Assembly (NCBI GenBank): GCA_947572545.1
Contig: CANPCK010000008.1
Span: forward strand, 1 to 30,972
Direction: 5' to 3'
Source: an uncultured Clostridium sp.
GTDB lineage: Bacteria; Bacillota; Clostridia; TANB77; CAG-508
Length of the DNA: 30,972 nucleotides
Numbering within the stretch: the stretch's first letter is position 1; every line of letters starts with the position of its first letter. The position numbers and the translations under genes were made by a program. The notes under the pieces were generated by a model. The model did no database searches and was not told where the DNA came from. It was given only the letters and a program-made list of their open reading frames with translations. This document shows, one piece after another, positions 9,329 through 20,373 of the stretch.

Positions 9329-11223
9329 TTATTTCTTTGCTTCTTCTATAAAAAAAGTTTTTTCTATACTATTTACTATACCTTTTGTATCAAGTCCGTA
9401 TTTTTGCTCTATTTCTGCTACACTTCCATGTTTTATAAATTCATCTGGATAACCGAATTTTTTCAATTTTATACTACTATTTATATTTTCATCATTAATT
9501 ACTTCTTCTACAGCATCTCCTAGTCCACCTTGAACTATATTATCTTCTATAGTTATCACTTTTTTCGTTTTGGTAATAGTATTAAATATTACATCTTTGT
9601 CTATTGGTTTTAAAAATCTTGCATTTATTACTTCTATACTTTTTCCATTTTCTTCTAAAATATTTGCCACCTCTATTGCTCTTTCTACCATTTTCCCAAT
9701 TGCTATTATACTTAAATCATTTCCTGTTTTTAGTATTTCTGCCTGTCCTAATTTTATTTCCTGATGTGTATCAAATTTTATCTTTCCCTCTCCTCCTCTT
9801 GGATACCTAATAACCACAGGTTTATTAAGTTGTACTCCAAATTCTAACATATTTTCTAGTTCTTTGAAATCTTTTGGTGCCATTACTGTAATATTTGGTA
9901 TCATAGAGAAAAACGACAAATCAAATACTCCTTGGTGTGTTTCTCCATCATTTCCAACTACTCCTGCTCTATCAACACACATTACTACTCCAAGATTTTG
10001 TATACACACGTCATGTATCACTTGGTCAAACGCCCTTTGATAAAATGAAGAATATATTGGTACTACTGGTATAATTCCATTTTTTGCAAGTCCTGCAGCA
10101 AGTCCTATTGCATGTTGTTCTGCAATTCCTACATCAAAAGTTCTTTCTGGTAATTCTTTTGCAAAAGCTGTAAGTCCTGTTCCATCTTTCATTGCTGCTG
10201 TTATTGCAACTATTTTATCATTCATCCTTGCTATTTTTAATAGTTTATCCCCAAACACTTTTGAGTAATCTTTAACTGTTTCCTTTTTGCTTTCTCCTGT
10301 CTTTATATCAAAATTTGCTGCACTATGAAATTTATCTGGATTTTCTTCTGCTGGTTTATATCCTTTTCCTTTTTTAGTAACAACATGTATTAGTACTGGA
10401 CCTTCCATTGTTTTACTTGTTTTCAGAATATTTTCTAACTTTTCTATATCATGACCATCTACTGGTCCTAAATACTTAAATCCTATATCTTCAAAAAGCA
10501 TATTAGGTAATAGTAGCTGTTTTATACTATATTTTATCTTTCTAATAAATCTTATAATCCTATTTCCACCATTTGGAAGCATTGTTACTATTTTTTTCAC
10601 ATAATCACTGGATTTTTTATAGAATTTTCTAGTTCTTGCTTTACTTAAGAACATTGAAATTCCACCAACATTCTTAGATATACTCATTTCATTATCATTT
10701 AATATAACTATTAAATCAGTTTTCATAGCCCCTGCATGATTTAACGCTTCTAATGCCATTCCTCCTGTTAATGCTCCGATCTCCTATTACTGCAATTATA
10801 TGCTCTTTTTTTTCTTCTTTCTTTAAATCTCTTGCTATTGCCATTCCAAGCGCTGCTGATATAGATGTACTGCTATGCCCTGTATCAAAACTATCATATT
10901 CTGATTCTATTTGCTTAGGAAAACCTGCCATTCCTTCAAATTGTCTTAATGTTGGCATTTGTTCTTTTCTTCCTGTTAAAATTTTATGTACATAGCTTTG
11001 ATGTCCCACATCCCAAACTATTTTATCAAATGGTGTATCAAAAACACTATGTATTGCTATTGTTAATTCTACTACACCTAAATTAGATGCTAAATGTCCT
11101 CCTGTATTTGATACTGTATTTATTATTAACTCTCTAATATCTCCAGAAAGTTCTTTTTTTTCTTCTATTGTTAATTTTTTTAAATCTTCTGTACCGGTTA
11201 ACTTTGTCTAAAATTTTTGGCAT
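9329..11223 (-). CDS. dxs: 1-deoxy-D-xylulose-5-phosphate synthase (needs +1 at CGG 11194-11196 and 10776-10778)
   Basis: The N-terminus [17 protein letters not shown]...[14 protein letters not shown]...[12 protein letters not shown] continues into ORF 10716-11009. That ORF joins ORF 9329-10759 through the TPP motif [19 protein letters not shown]. Confidence 0.9.
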
Positions 11224-11277
11224 CTTATCTTATTCCTTCCTCAAGCCAGTAATTAATTATAACAAGAATTATACCAT

Positions 11278-11309
11278 AAAAAAAGGACATATACAATGCC
11301 CTTTTTTTA
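11278..11309. terminator. Bidirectional terminator candidate between lexA and dxs
   Basis: The sequence A7-aaggaca-tatacaa-tgccctt-T7 lies directly downstream of the lexA stop. Confidence 0.5.
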
Positions 11310-11316
11310 TCTAACT

Positions 11317-11974
11317 TTACATTTTTCTAAATACACCAGCTACTTTTCCAAGAATTTTGCAGTCTGGTACTATTATTGGGTCCATAGTTGAATTTTCTGG
11401 TTGAAGTCTAATATGATCTTTTTCTTTATAGAAAGTTTTTACTGTTGCCTCATCTTCTATTAAAGCAACAACGATCTCTCCATTATTTGCTGTATTTTGT
11501 TTTTTTATTAATATGTAATCTCCATCTAATATTCCAGCTTCTATCATGCTTTCTCCTCTTACTGTAAGCATAAAGCTTTCTGAATTACCAACAAAGTCTA
11601 TTGGTATTGGGAATGTATCTGTTACATTTTCTACTGCAAGAATTGGTGCCCCAGCTGTTATTTTTCCAATAACAGGTACTTCTACTAATTCTTTTGATGC
11701 ATAAAAGTCTTTTATGTTTTCTTGCTCCTTTTTTGCTTCTCCACCTTTTAATAATCTTAATGTTCTTCCTTTTTGACTTTCTTTTTTAATATATCCTTTT
11801 TGCTCTAATTTTGCTAAATATCCATGGACTGTTGCAGTAGATTTAAGTCCTACTGATTTTCCTATTTCTCTTACAGATGGTGCATATCCGCACTTCTGCT
11901 ATTTGTTTTTCAATACATTTTAGAATTGCTTTTTCTCTTTTATTTAGTTCGACTGTGCTTTTCTTTCTCCCCAA
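11317..11974 (-). CDS. lexA: LexA repressor (needs +1 at CGG 11888-11890)
   Basis: A TTG start follows the RBS ggagtg. The sequence ...[42 protein letters not shown] (wHTH) continues into ORF 11317-11571. That ORF holds the S24 peptidase core, with GESM and a Lys in [14 protein letters not shown]. Confidence 0.9.
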
Positions 11975-12097
11975 AATTATCACTCCTTAAATTATTTGTT
12001 AAAATAATATCATAAAAACAAATAATTGTCAAACAAATTTTTGATGTTTGTTTGCTTTTCTTGACATATTATTTTTTATTTTTAATAAAATTATAGT

Positions 12098-13621
12098 ATG
12101 AATAGGATAAAACTTTTTTTATTTAACACAATAATTTTGACTGCCACTTCTCTTTTTATGAGTTGCATTAATATTTTCTTTGATATATATATTGCAAATA
12201 AGCTTGGCAGTGAAGGTGCACGGAATTTTTGAATTAATTATGTCTGTTTATACCTTTGCTATTACTTTTGCAAACTCAGGCATAAGCCTTGCTGCAACTA
12301 GAATTGTTGGAGAAGAACTTGATGGAAATAACGGAAGACGGTATAAAAGTTGCAATGAGAAAATGTATAGTATATAGCCTTTCTTTTGGCATTATTGCTT
12401 GCATTTTCTTCATTTTGTGTGCTCCTTACCTTTCTTCTGTACTACTACATGGAAAAATCACTTCTATGCCAATTTATGTGATGGCAATTGGACTTCCTTT
12501 TACCTCTCTTACGACTTCACTAAGTCGGATATTTTACAGGTGTTAGAAGAGTTTCAAAAACATCTTTTAGTAGAATTTTAACTATGATTATTCAAGTTGT
12601 TTTAACATGCTTTTTCTTATATGCTATGCCTTCTTCTGACCTAAATGTTGTTTGTACTTATTTAATGCTTGCAAGTGCGGTTTCATCATTATTTGAGTTT
12701 ATATTTACATATATTTTATATTTGATTGATAGAAGAAAGATCTCTAGTATTAATTCTCATTCTTCTACCAATTTCTTAAGAAAAATTTTGAGGATCGCTT
12801 TTCCTGTTGCAATTACTTCATACATTCGTTCTGGTCTTTCAACTTTGAAACAACTTCTAATCCCTTTTAGTTTAGAAAGGCATTCTTCCAATTGTGATGA
12901 AGCATTATCTCAATATGGACTTATTAATGGAATGACTATGCCAATTATTATGTTCCCTTGCATCATAATTACTTCTTGTGCTAATCTTCTAATTCCTGAA
13001 TTTGCAAGATATAACATAAAAAAAGATTTTAAGAGAATGAATCAAGTTATTGTGTTTATTTTTAAATTTACATCTTTTTTTAGTATTTGTGTAATTGGAA
13101 TATTTTTAACTTTTACAGAGGAACTATGCTATCTAATATATAATAATCTTGAGATTTCAGAATTTTTGCTTATTCTGTCTCCTTTGATTATTTTAATATA
13201 TCTAGATAAAATTATTGATGCTATGCTTAGAGGCCTTGATAAACAAGTTGGTGTTATGTTTTGCAATATTTTTGATTTGTTTATGACCATAATATTGATT
13301 TATACTATTGTTCCAATATATGGAATATATGGTTATTTAGCAATTATCGCTATTAGTGAAATACTGAATTTTACAATAAGTCTTATTCAATTATATAAAG
13401 TTACTAAATTTAAATTTGATTATGTTTCTTATGTAATTGTTCCAACACTACTGGTTTTTGCAACTAAGTTTTTGTTTGATAGTATTGATAGATATATTGA
13501 ATATGATATGGGTTTTGTGGTTTTTAAAATTTTAATCTTTGTTGCAATTTATATTGTTTTACTATTAAGCTTTAATATATTTAAGTTTGTTAAACAAAAA
13601 AGAGTTGTAATATTTAAGTAA
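12098..13621 (+). CDS. MOP-superfamily flippase, SpoVB/MurJ-like (needs +1 at CGG 12221, 12339, 12526)
   Basis: Four track ORFs join as ...SEGA-G-IFELIMSVYTF..., ...DGNNGR-G-IKVAMRKC..., ...TTSLS-G-YFTGVRRVSKTSFSRILTMIIQ.... The product is polytopic throughout and about 507 aa. Confidence 0.75.
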
Positions 13622-13665
13622 TTTTAGGTGAAATTTAAGGAACGTCCCCAAATTTCACTCATAGA

Positions 13666-13695
13666 AAAAGCACTTCATCTGAAGTGCCTTTTTTA
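13666..13695 (+). terminator. Rho-independent terminator
   Basis: The stem gcacttc / gaagtgc has a 4-nt loop and is followed by a T-run at 13689-13695. Confidence 0.75.
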
Positions 13696-13715
13696 TTGAA
13701 TAGGAAAAAATCGTA

Positions 13716-13743
13716 GATTTTGCTAACGTCCAATTTTCTTATT
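13716..13743 (-). repeat. 28-nt repeat (copy 2, inverted)
   Basis: It is the exact reverse complement of 8149-8176. Confidence 0.85.
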
Positions 13744-13744
13744 A

Positions 13745-13996
13745 TTATCTTTTTGCTTTTATTTCTTCTAATGCTTTTGCTAATTGGTCTGGGCAAGATG
13801 TTCCTCTAATTCCACATGGTATTCCTTTTAAAAGCTCTATTACTTCTTCTATTTTTCTTCCTTCTACAAGTTTGCTAACTCCTATTGTGTTTCCTGGACA
13901 TCCACTTACTATTTTAACATTTTTTATTATATCTCCATCTAAGTCTATTATCATTTCACTTGAACATACACCTTGTGGCCTATATCTGTATTCCAT
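13745..13996 (-). CDS. TSCPD-domain small protein (TIGR03905-like)
   Basis: The 83-aa protein carries GVCS...VSGCPGNTIG...GIPCGIRGTSCPDQLAKAL, the pattern I recall for that family. Confidence 0.7.
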   Translation of the reverse strand: MEYRYRPQGVCSSEMIIDLDGDIIKNVKIVSGCPGNTIGVSKLVEGRKIEEVIELLKGIPCGIRGTSCPDQLAKALEEIKAKR

Positions 13997-14028
13997 TACT
14001 TACTTCACCTTTTCCTTTTTTCCAACAA

Positions 14029-14694
14029 TTAGATTTCACGAGCAAATACTATAATTCTTGCACTATTATCATTGTCTGTACATGTAGAAAGTGTAACTTC
14101 TCTCTTTCCTGATGTATCTCTATTATAGAAAGTTGTATCTGTTGCTTTTGCTGTAAAGTTTCTATAAACTTCATATGTTATTTCTGTTCCACTCGCGTCT
14201 TTTATATAAATTTTATCTCCATTAGATAGTTTACTCAAGTTTGAGAAAAATAAACCGTTTTTATAATTATGTCCTTGTATAACTGTATTCCCTACTTCAT
14301 TTATTCCAGGTCCAGAAAGATATGCCAATGCAATTTTTAGTGATTTAACTGTTACTTTTGCAAGTATTGGATATTTTATATTTATTGCTGGAATTGACAT
14401 TGTTCCTACTACTTTATATCCTCCATATTCTGTAGTTATTCCTGATGGATTACCATATATAGAATTACCATTATTTCCATCTCCAAGTGTTACATTAGTA
14501 TCCACATCATCTGGTTTTGGAGTAACTACATTCCCTGTATTTTGCTCAAAATTGTCTATTACATCTTTTGCACTTGTGTTTATGTAGTATTTATTATATA
14601 TTGAATATCCAAAATATCCAATAATTCCAAGTATTGCAATTATTGCTACTATTAAAAGTACTGTAAGCAATGTATTAAATTTACTATTAAACAT
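14029..14694 (-). CDS. Sortase-family transpeptidase
   Basis: It has an N-terminal TM anchor, the catalytic His in IQGHN, Cys in TLSTCT and a C-terminal Arg. I chose the start at the internal ATG after the RBS gaaggga. Confidence 0.8.
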   Translation of the reverse strand: MFNSKFNTLLTVLLIVAIIAILGIIGYFGYSIYNKYYINTSAKDVIDNFEQNTGNVVTPKPDDVDTNVTLGDGNNGNSIYGNPSGITTEYGGYKVVGTMSIPAINIKYPILAKVTVKSLKIALAYLSGPGINEVGNTVIQGHNYKNGLFFSNLSKLSNGDKIYIKDASGTEITYEVYRNFTAKATDTTFYNRDTSGKREVTLSTCTDNDNSARIIVFAREI

Positions 14695-14788
14695 AAAAAT
14701 CCCTTCTTTCATTCTTCGGATTTTAACCATATATGTTTATTATAGCATATTTTTTTAGATTTGTACATGCTATTTTTTGCCTTATATG

Positions 14789-15124
14789 TTATAAAATTTT
14801 CTCTCCTAATTGTTTCCCTGCAAGTATATGGAAATGTAAGTGATTAACTGTTTGACCTGCATCTTTTCCGCAATTAGTTATCACTCTAAATCCTGTTTTA
14901 TCTATATTCTGTTGTTTTGCTATTTCTTGTATAGCATTTATTATATCTCCTGACATTTCTTTGTCTGCTTCCATGATTGTTGTTACATGTTTTTTTGGAA
15001 TTACAATTATATGAACTGGAGCTTGTGGATTTATATCATTAAATGCTAATACTTTTTCATTTTCATATACTATACTTCCAGGTATTTCTTTATTTATTAT
15101 TTTACAAAATATACAATCTTCCAT
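14789..15124 (-). CDS. HIT-family (histidine triad) nucleotide hydrolase
   Basis: The 111-aa protein has CIFCKI and the triad motif HLHFHILAG. Confidence 0.9.
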   Translation of the reverse strand: MEDCIFCKIINKEIPGSIVYENEKVLAFNDINPQAPVHIIVIPKKHVTTIMEADKEMSGDIINAIQEIAKQQNIDKTGFRVITNCGKDAGQTVNHLHFHILAGKQLGEKIL

Positions 15125-15139
15125 ATATTTTATCTCCTT

Positions 15140-16897
15140 TTATTTTATTAGGATAGCCTTAATACGTCTAACTCCTGCTGAAGATGCCTCTTCTTTCTTT
15201 ATTTTAAATGTTCCTAAAACTCCAGTATGAGTTACATGTGGTCCTCCACATATTTCTTTGCTAAATTCACCTATTGTATATACTTTAACTTTGTCTCCAT
15301 ATTTATTTTCAAATAATCCCATTGCTCCTGATTTTTTTGCTTCATCATAACTCATTTCTTGACATGTAACTGGTAAATCTTTTTGTATTTGATCATTTAC
15401 TATTTTTTCTACTTCTTCTAGTTCTTCTTTTGTTACTTTTTGTGGATGTGCAAAGTCAAATCTTAGTCTTTCTTGTGTTATATTTGAACCTTTTTGTGTT
15501 GCATGTTCTCCTAAAACTATTTGAAGTGCTTTGTGTAGTAAATGAGTTGCTGTGTGATAAGCAATTGTTTCTTCTGTTTGGTCTGCTAAGCCACCTTTAA
15601 ATTTTTGTTCTGATCCTAGTCTTGACTTTTCTTGATGCTCTTTAAATAATTTATCAAATGTTTCTAAATCTACTTTAAAGCTATTTTCACTTGCGATTTC
15701 TTTAGTAACTTCTGGTGGGAACCCATAAGTTTCATATAGCCTAAATACCGTTTCTGCTGAAAGTGTATCTAAACCTTTTTCTCTTAACTTATTCAATTCT
15801 TTTTGTAATTCTCTTTCTCCATTTTCTAACGTCTTTGCAAACTTGTCCCTTTCTGCTATTATTGTATTTACTATATTTTCTTTATTTTGAATAAGTTCTG
15901 GATACATTTCTTTTAATACTTCTATATTTAGGTTTATTAATTCTGGTAATAAACTTAAATCTATCTGTAGTTTATTTAGATGTCTTATCATTCTTCTTAT
16001 TAATCTTCTTAAAATATATCCTCTATCTATATTGCTTGGTTTTCCACCATCTGCAATTATCATCATACTAGATCTTAAATGTTCTGCAACTATTCTTCTG
16101 CTTTCTATACTATCATTTTTAGCAAGTTTTGCAAGTTCATCCATGATTGGCTTAAATATTTCTGTGTCAAATGGTGTTTCTTTTCCTTGTAATAGCATAT
16201 TCATTCTCTCTAATCCAAGTCCTGTATCTACATTTTTTTGTTTTAATTTTGTATATGTTCCATTCGAATTTTTGTAATATTCCATAAATACATTATTCCA
16301 AATTTCTACATATTTTCCACAACTGCATGAAGGGTCACATTTATCAGAACATGCTGGTTTTCCTGTATCATAAAATATCTCTGTATCTGGACCACATGGA
16401 CCTTCGTCTCCTGCTATCCACCAGTTATCATCTTTTCCAAAATAGTATATTCTTTCTTCTGGCATTCCTACTTCTTTCCAAATTCTTGCTGTTTCTTCAT
16501 CTCTTGGTGCATCATTATCTCCTGCAAAACATGTTACAGATAATTTTTCTATTGGAATATTAAGTTCTTTTGTTAAAAATTCTATACTATATCTTATAGA
16601 CTCATTTTTAAAATAGTCTCCTAAAGACCAGTTTCCAAGCATTTCAAAAAATGTTAAGTGCCTATTATCCCCAACTTCATCTATATCTACTGTTCTTAAA
16701 CATTTCTGATAGTCTGCAAGTCTTGTTCCTTCTGGATGTTTTTCTCCTAATAAGTAAGGTACAAGTGGATGCATACCAGCTGTTGTAAATAATACTGATG
16801 GGTCATTTTCTGGTATTAATGGAGCACTTGGTATAATTTTATGTCCCTTCTCTTTAAAATAGTTTAAAAATTTGTTTCTAATTTCTATTGCAGTCAT
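15140..16897 (-). CDS. alaS: Alanine--tRNA ligase, short form lacking the C-Ala domain
   Basis: The class II core has FTTAGM and FFEMLGNWSLGDYFK. The tRNA-recognition and editing domains carry HTATHLLH and CGGPHV. The protein ends at GVRRIKAILIK after 585 aa. Confidence 0.85.
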   Translation of the reverse strand: MTAIEIRNKFLNYFKEKGHKIIPSAPLIPENDPSVLFTTAGMHPLVPYLLGEKHPEGTRLADYQKCLRTVDIDEVGDNRHLTFFEMLGNWSLGDYFKNESIRYSIEFLTKELNIPIEKLSVTCFAGDNDAPRDEETARIWKEVGMPEERIYYFGKDDNWWIAGDEGPCGPDTEIFYDTGKPACSDKCDPSCSCGKYVEIWNNVFMEYYKNSNGTYTKLKQKNVDTGLGLERMNMLLQGKETPFDTEIFKPIMDELAKLAKNDSIESRRIVAEHLRSSMMIIADGGKPSNIDRGYILRRLIRRMIRHLNKLQIDLSLLPELINLNIEVLKEMYPELIQNKENIVNTIIAERDKFAKTLENGERELQKELNKLREKGLDTLSAETVFRLYETYGFPPEVTKEIASENSFKVDLETFDKLFKEHQEKSRLGSEQKFKGGLADQTEETIAYHTATHLLHKALQIVLGEHATQKGSNITQERLRFDFAHPQKVTKEELEEVEKIVNDQIQKDLPVTCQEMSYDEAKKSGAMGLFENKYGDKVKVYTIGEFSKEICGGPHVTHTGVLGTFKIKKEEASSAGVRRIKAILIK

Positions 16898-16914
16898 TTT
16901 ATTCCTCCTTGAAT

Positions 16915-17377
16915 TTAGTTGTTAGTAGATCCGAAGCCTCCTAAACGTTCTCCTTCTGCTTCATCTCCATCTACTACTAAAAATTTTTCAAATATTGCTT
17001 GTCCGAATGCATTCTCCTTTTTTTATTTCTATGTCTTCTTCTTTTATATTATAGAATGCAAACATAATATGTCCATCATTGTCAGGATTTCCATAATAAT
17101 CTGCATCTACAACTCCTATACTATTTGCAAGTATTAGTCCTTTCTTTTTTGGGTTTGAACTTCTATTGCATAATTTTAAATATTCATCTCCTTGCATATA
17201 TGCTTTTAATCCTGTTTTTACAAGTGTTGGATTCATTCCTTTTTTAAATGTTGGAATTACTATATCCTCTGCTGCTTCTATATCATATCCTGCTGAATAT
17301 TTTGTTTTACGTATTGGCATATTTATTCCTTTATCTTCAAATCCTTTTACAATTTCAAATCCTCTTATTCTTTCCAT
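16915..17377 (-). CDS. dut: dUTP diphosphatase (needs +1 at CGG 17003-17005)
   Basis: It has SAGYDI and NSIGVVDADYYG. ...KKGECI-G-QAIFEKFLVVDGDEAEGERLGGFGSTNN restores motifs 4 and 5 beyond the track ORF 16988-17377. Confidence 0.85.
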
Positions 17378-17510
17378 TTATTCTACCTCTTTTTCTATAA
17401 TTTTTTTAAAATTATATCACACAAGTAATAGAAAATCCAGTATTTTAAAGAATAAATTCTTTTCCATTTTATACATATTTATTGTTTTTTTTGAAATACT
17501 ACCTATTACT

Positions 17511-19220
17511 ATGAAAATTATAAATGATTTAATTAATTTAATAAAATATAAAGAGGCTCCTGATTATAATTTTATTTTACCTGATGCTGACGCTGATCAA
17601 GATAGTCAAGTAATAAATAATTCTTCTGAACTAGAGCCATTAGAAAAGGTTAATGAAAATGTTTATCCTTCCATTGATGTTAATTTAGAATATGTTAAAG
17701 TAAAATATAATACTTTAATTAATAGTGATATAAAAATTAGAAACTTTTACATCAATGCTAAGAATAAACAATATAGAGCGTTTTTATTATACATTGATGG
17801 AATGATTGATAGTAACTCAATTAATAAATTTGTTATAGAACCTCTTATGTTAAAAAACCGTTCTAATACAAGTAATGGTGAGGAAAGTATCATAAGTACT
17901 GCTGTAACCAATAATGCAATTGTAAGACGTATTAAAAGATTTAATCCTATTGATTATATCTCTGAATGTCTTGTACCTCAAAATGATGTTTCTACTTCTA
18001 ATAAATTTAAAGACATTTTTCAAAAAGTAAATGCTGGAATGTCAGCTCTTTTTGTTGATACTATTGATACAGTTTTTACTATTGATGCTAAAGGTTTTGA
18101 GAAACGCAGTGTTTCTCCTCCTCAAAACGAGATTATTATTCGTGGTCCTCAAGAAAGTTTTGTTGAGTCTATAAGGACTAATACAAGTCTTCTTAGGAGA
18201 CTTGTTAATAATGAAAATTTAATTATTGAGGACATGAGTGTTGGTACTGTGAGCTCTACTAAAATCCGGTGTATGTTATCTAAAAAATGTTGCTAATGAT
18301 GACTTAGTTGCAGAGGTTAAATATAGAATAAATAATTTAGGAATTGATTATTTGACTTCTTCTGGTCAATTAGAACATTTAATTGAAGATACAAATTATA
18401 GCCTTCCTCAACTTATATCTTCTGAAAGACCTGATAGAGTTTCTTCTTATATAATGGAAGGTAGAGTTGCAATATTAGTTAATGGAACTCCTTATGCTTT
18501 GGTTGCTCCTGGTATTCTTATTGATTACCTTTCTTCTCCAGAAGATAGGAATATAAAATATCAATTTTCTGATTTATTAAAATGCATTAGATTTTTTGCT
18601 TTGTTTTTAACTTTATTACTCCCTGGACTTTATGTTGCAACTACAACATTTCATCAAGAACTAATTCCTACTGAGTTTCTTTTTGCAATAATTGCTTCAA
18701 GGAATAATGTTCCTTTTCCAGTTATACTGGAAATTCTAATAATGGAAATTTCTCTTGAACTTATACGAGAATCCGGTGTAAGAGTTCCTGGTCCTTTAGG
18801 CCAAACTATTCGGTATCGTTCGGAGCTTTGATTTTAGGAGATGCAGCAGTTACTGCAAATATTGTTAGCCCTATACTTGTAATTGTTGTTGCAATTACTG
18901 GTATTACAGCTTTTGCTGTACCTGACTATTCTTTAAGTTTTCATGTTCGTTTGATGAGATTTTCGTATATTATTCTTGGATATTTTGCTGGCTTTTTAGG
19001 TATAGCTTTTGTGTTTGTACTACATTTATCAATGTTATCTAGTATAAATTCATTCGGAGTATCTTATTTAAGTCCATTTACTCCTGCTGCAAATTCTGAA
19101 GGTTATAACTATTTATTACCTCCTGCTTGGAAAAGAGAAAATAGACGAAGTTTCTTAAATACTAAGAGACAAAAAAGACAAGATGAAATTAGTAGAAAAT
19201 GGAAAAAAGGTGCTAAATAA
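17511..19220 (+). CDS. Spore germination protein, GerA/KA-family A subunit (needs +1 at CGG 18267, 18811, 18821)
   Basis: The ATG at 17511 lies inside track ORF 17166-18296. The joins are ...SSTKI-G-VCYLKNVANDDL... and ...[24 protein letters not shown]..., giving the typical GerA-family C-terminal membrane domain. Confidence 0.85.
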
Positions 19221-19251
19221 GTCTATATTTTAAGAAAGGAATGTTTTAATT

Positions 19252-20373
19252 ATGAAAGAAAGAAAGCTTGGTACTTTTCAAGCAATTGCAATTGCAGTTA
19301 CTGTTATGATTTCTCACATAATATTAAATTTACCAAATCATTTAATAAGTGAAACTGGTCCTGCAACTATTCTAAATCTTATTTATGTATTTATAATTTC
19401 TCTTATTATATTGGGACTTGCTTTAAAAGTATTCAAGCTTTTTCCAAATAACGATATCATAGATATATGTGAATATGCTGCTGGTAAAAAAATAAAAAAT
19501 ATATTCAGTGCGTTAATTAGTATATATCTTCTAATACTTTGTGCATTTGTAATTAGAATTTTTTCAGAAAGTTTAGTACTTATTTATTTTCCAAATATAG
19601 ATTTAGAGATTGTAATATTAATTTTTATAATTATTACTGCTATGCTTAATTTATTTGGTTTTAAAGTAATTGCAAGAACTACAGCTATGATTCTTCCTAT
19701 TATTTTAATTGCCATGGTAGTTATTTTTATATCTTCTGCCTCTAAATTCATGCCTGAAAGAGCTTTACCTATTCTTGGATATGGAGCTTCTAAAACTTTT
19801 TTGACAGGGCTTCGGAAATATTTTTGCATTTAGTAGTAGTCTAATTTTTGGATTAATAGCACCTTTAATTGGTAATCGGTGAAAGATTAAAAAAAGTTCG
19901 GAATTATTTCATTAATTGTTTATGCAATTTATTTAATGCTTGGAATTATTGCCCTTTTATTTTTAATACCATCTATTACAGAAATTAATAATACTTTATC
20001 TATCTATATTTTAGCTAGAAATGTAAGTTTAGGAGATTTCATACAAAGTATTGATGCAATATTTATACTTATTTGGATAATGTCTATATTTAGTTATTTA
20101 GCTATTGTAACACATTTTGTATTAAAGTTTTTCAAGAAAATAACTAATATAAAAAGTGATTCTTCAATGATTTATTGCTTTTCAGCATTTTTATTTATAA
20201 TTGCTATGCTCCCTAAAAATATATCAGATACTACTTTTTTTGAAAGTACCTTTTATAAATATGCATCCATTATATTCGTTTTCTTTGTATGTCCTATAAT
20301 TTTATTATTTGCTTATATAAAGAAAAAACGTGAATTAAAGAAAGGAGAAAATAATCTTGAAAAAACGTCTTAG
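19252..20373 (+). CDS. Spore germination protein, GerAB-type permease subunit (needs +1 at CGG 19813, 19877, 19899)
   Basis: The polytopic ORFs 19252-19833 and 19936-20373 are joined by ...TGL-G-NIFAFSSSLIFGLIAPLIGN-G-ERLKKV-G-IISLIVYAIYLML. Confidence 0.8.

Noticed and set aside
15140-15180. I considered whether the short AlaRS is caused by another hidden frame break.
   Set aside because: The stop is followed directly by the RBS and start of the HIT gene. No C-Ala-like sequence appears in any frame downstream, and no CGG lies nearby.
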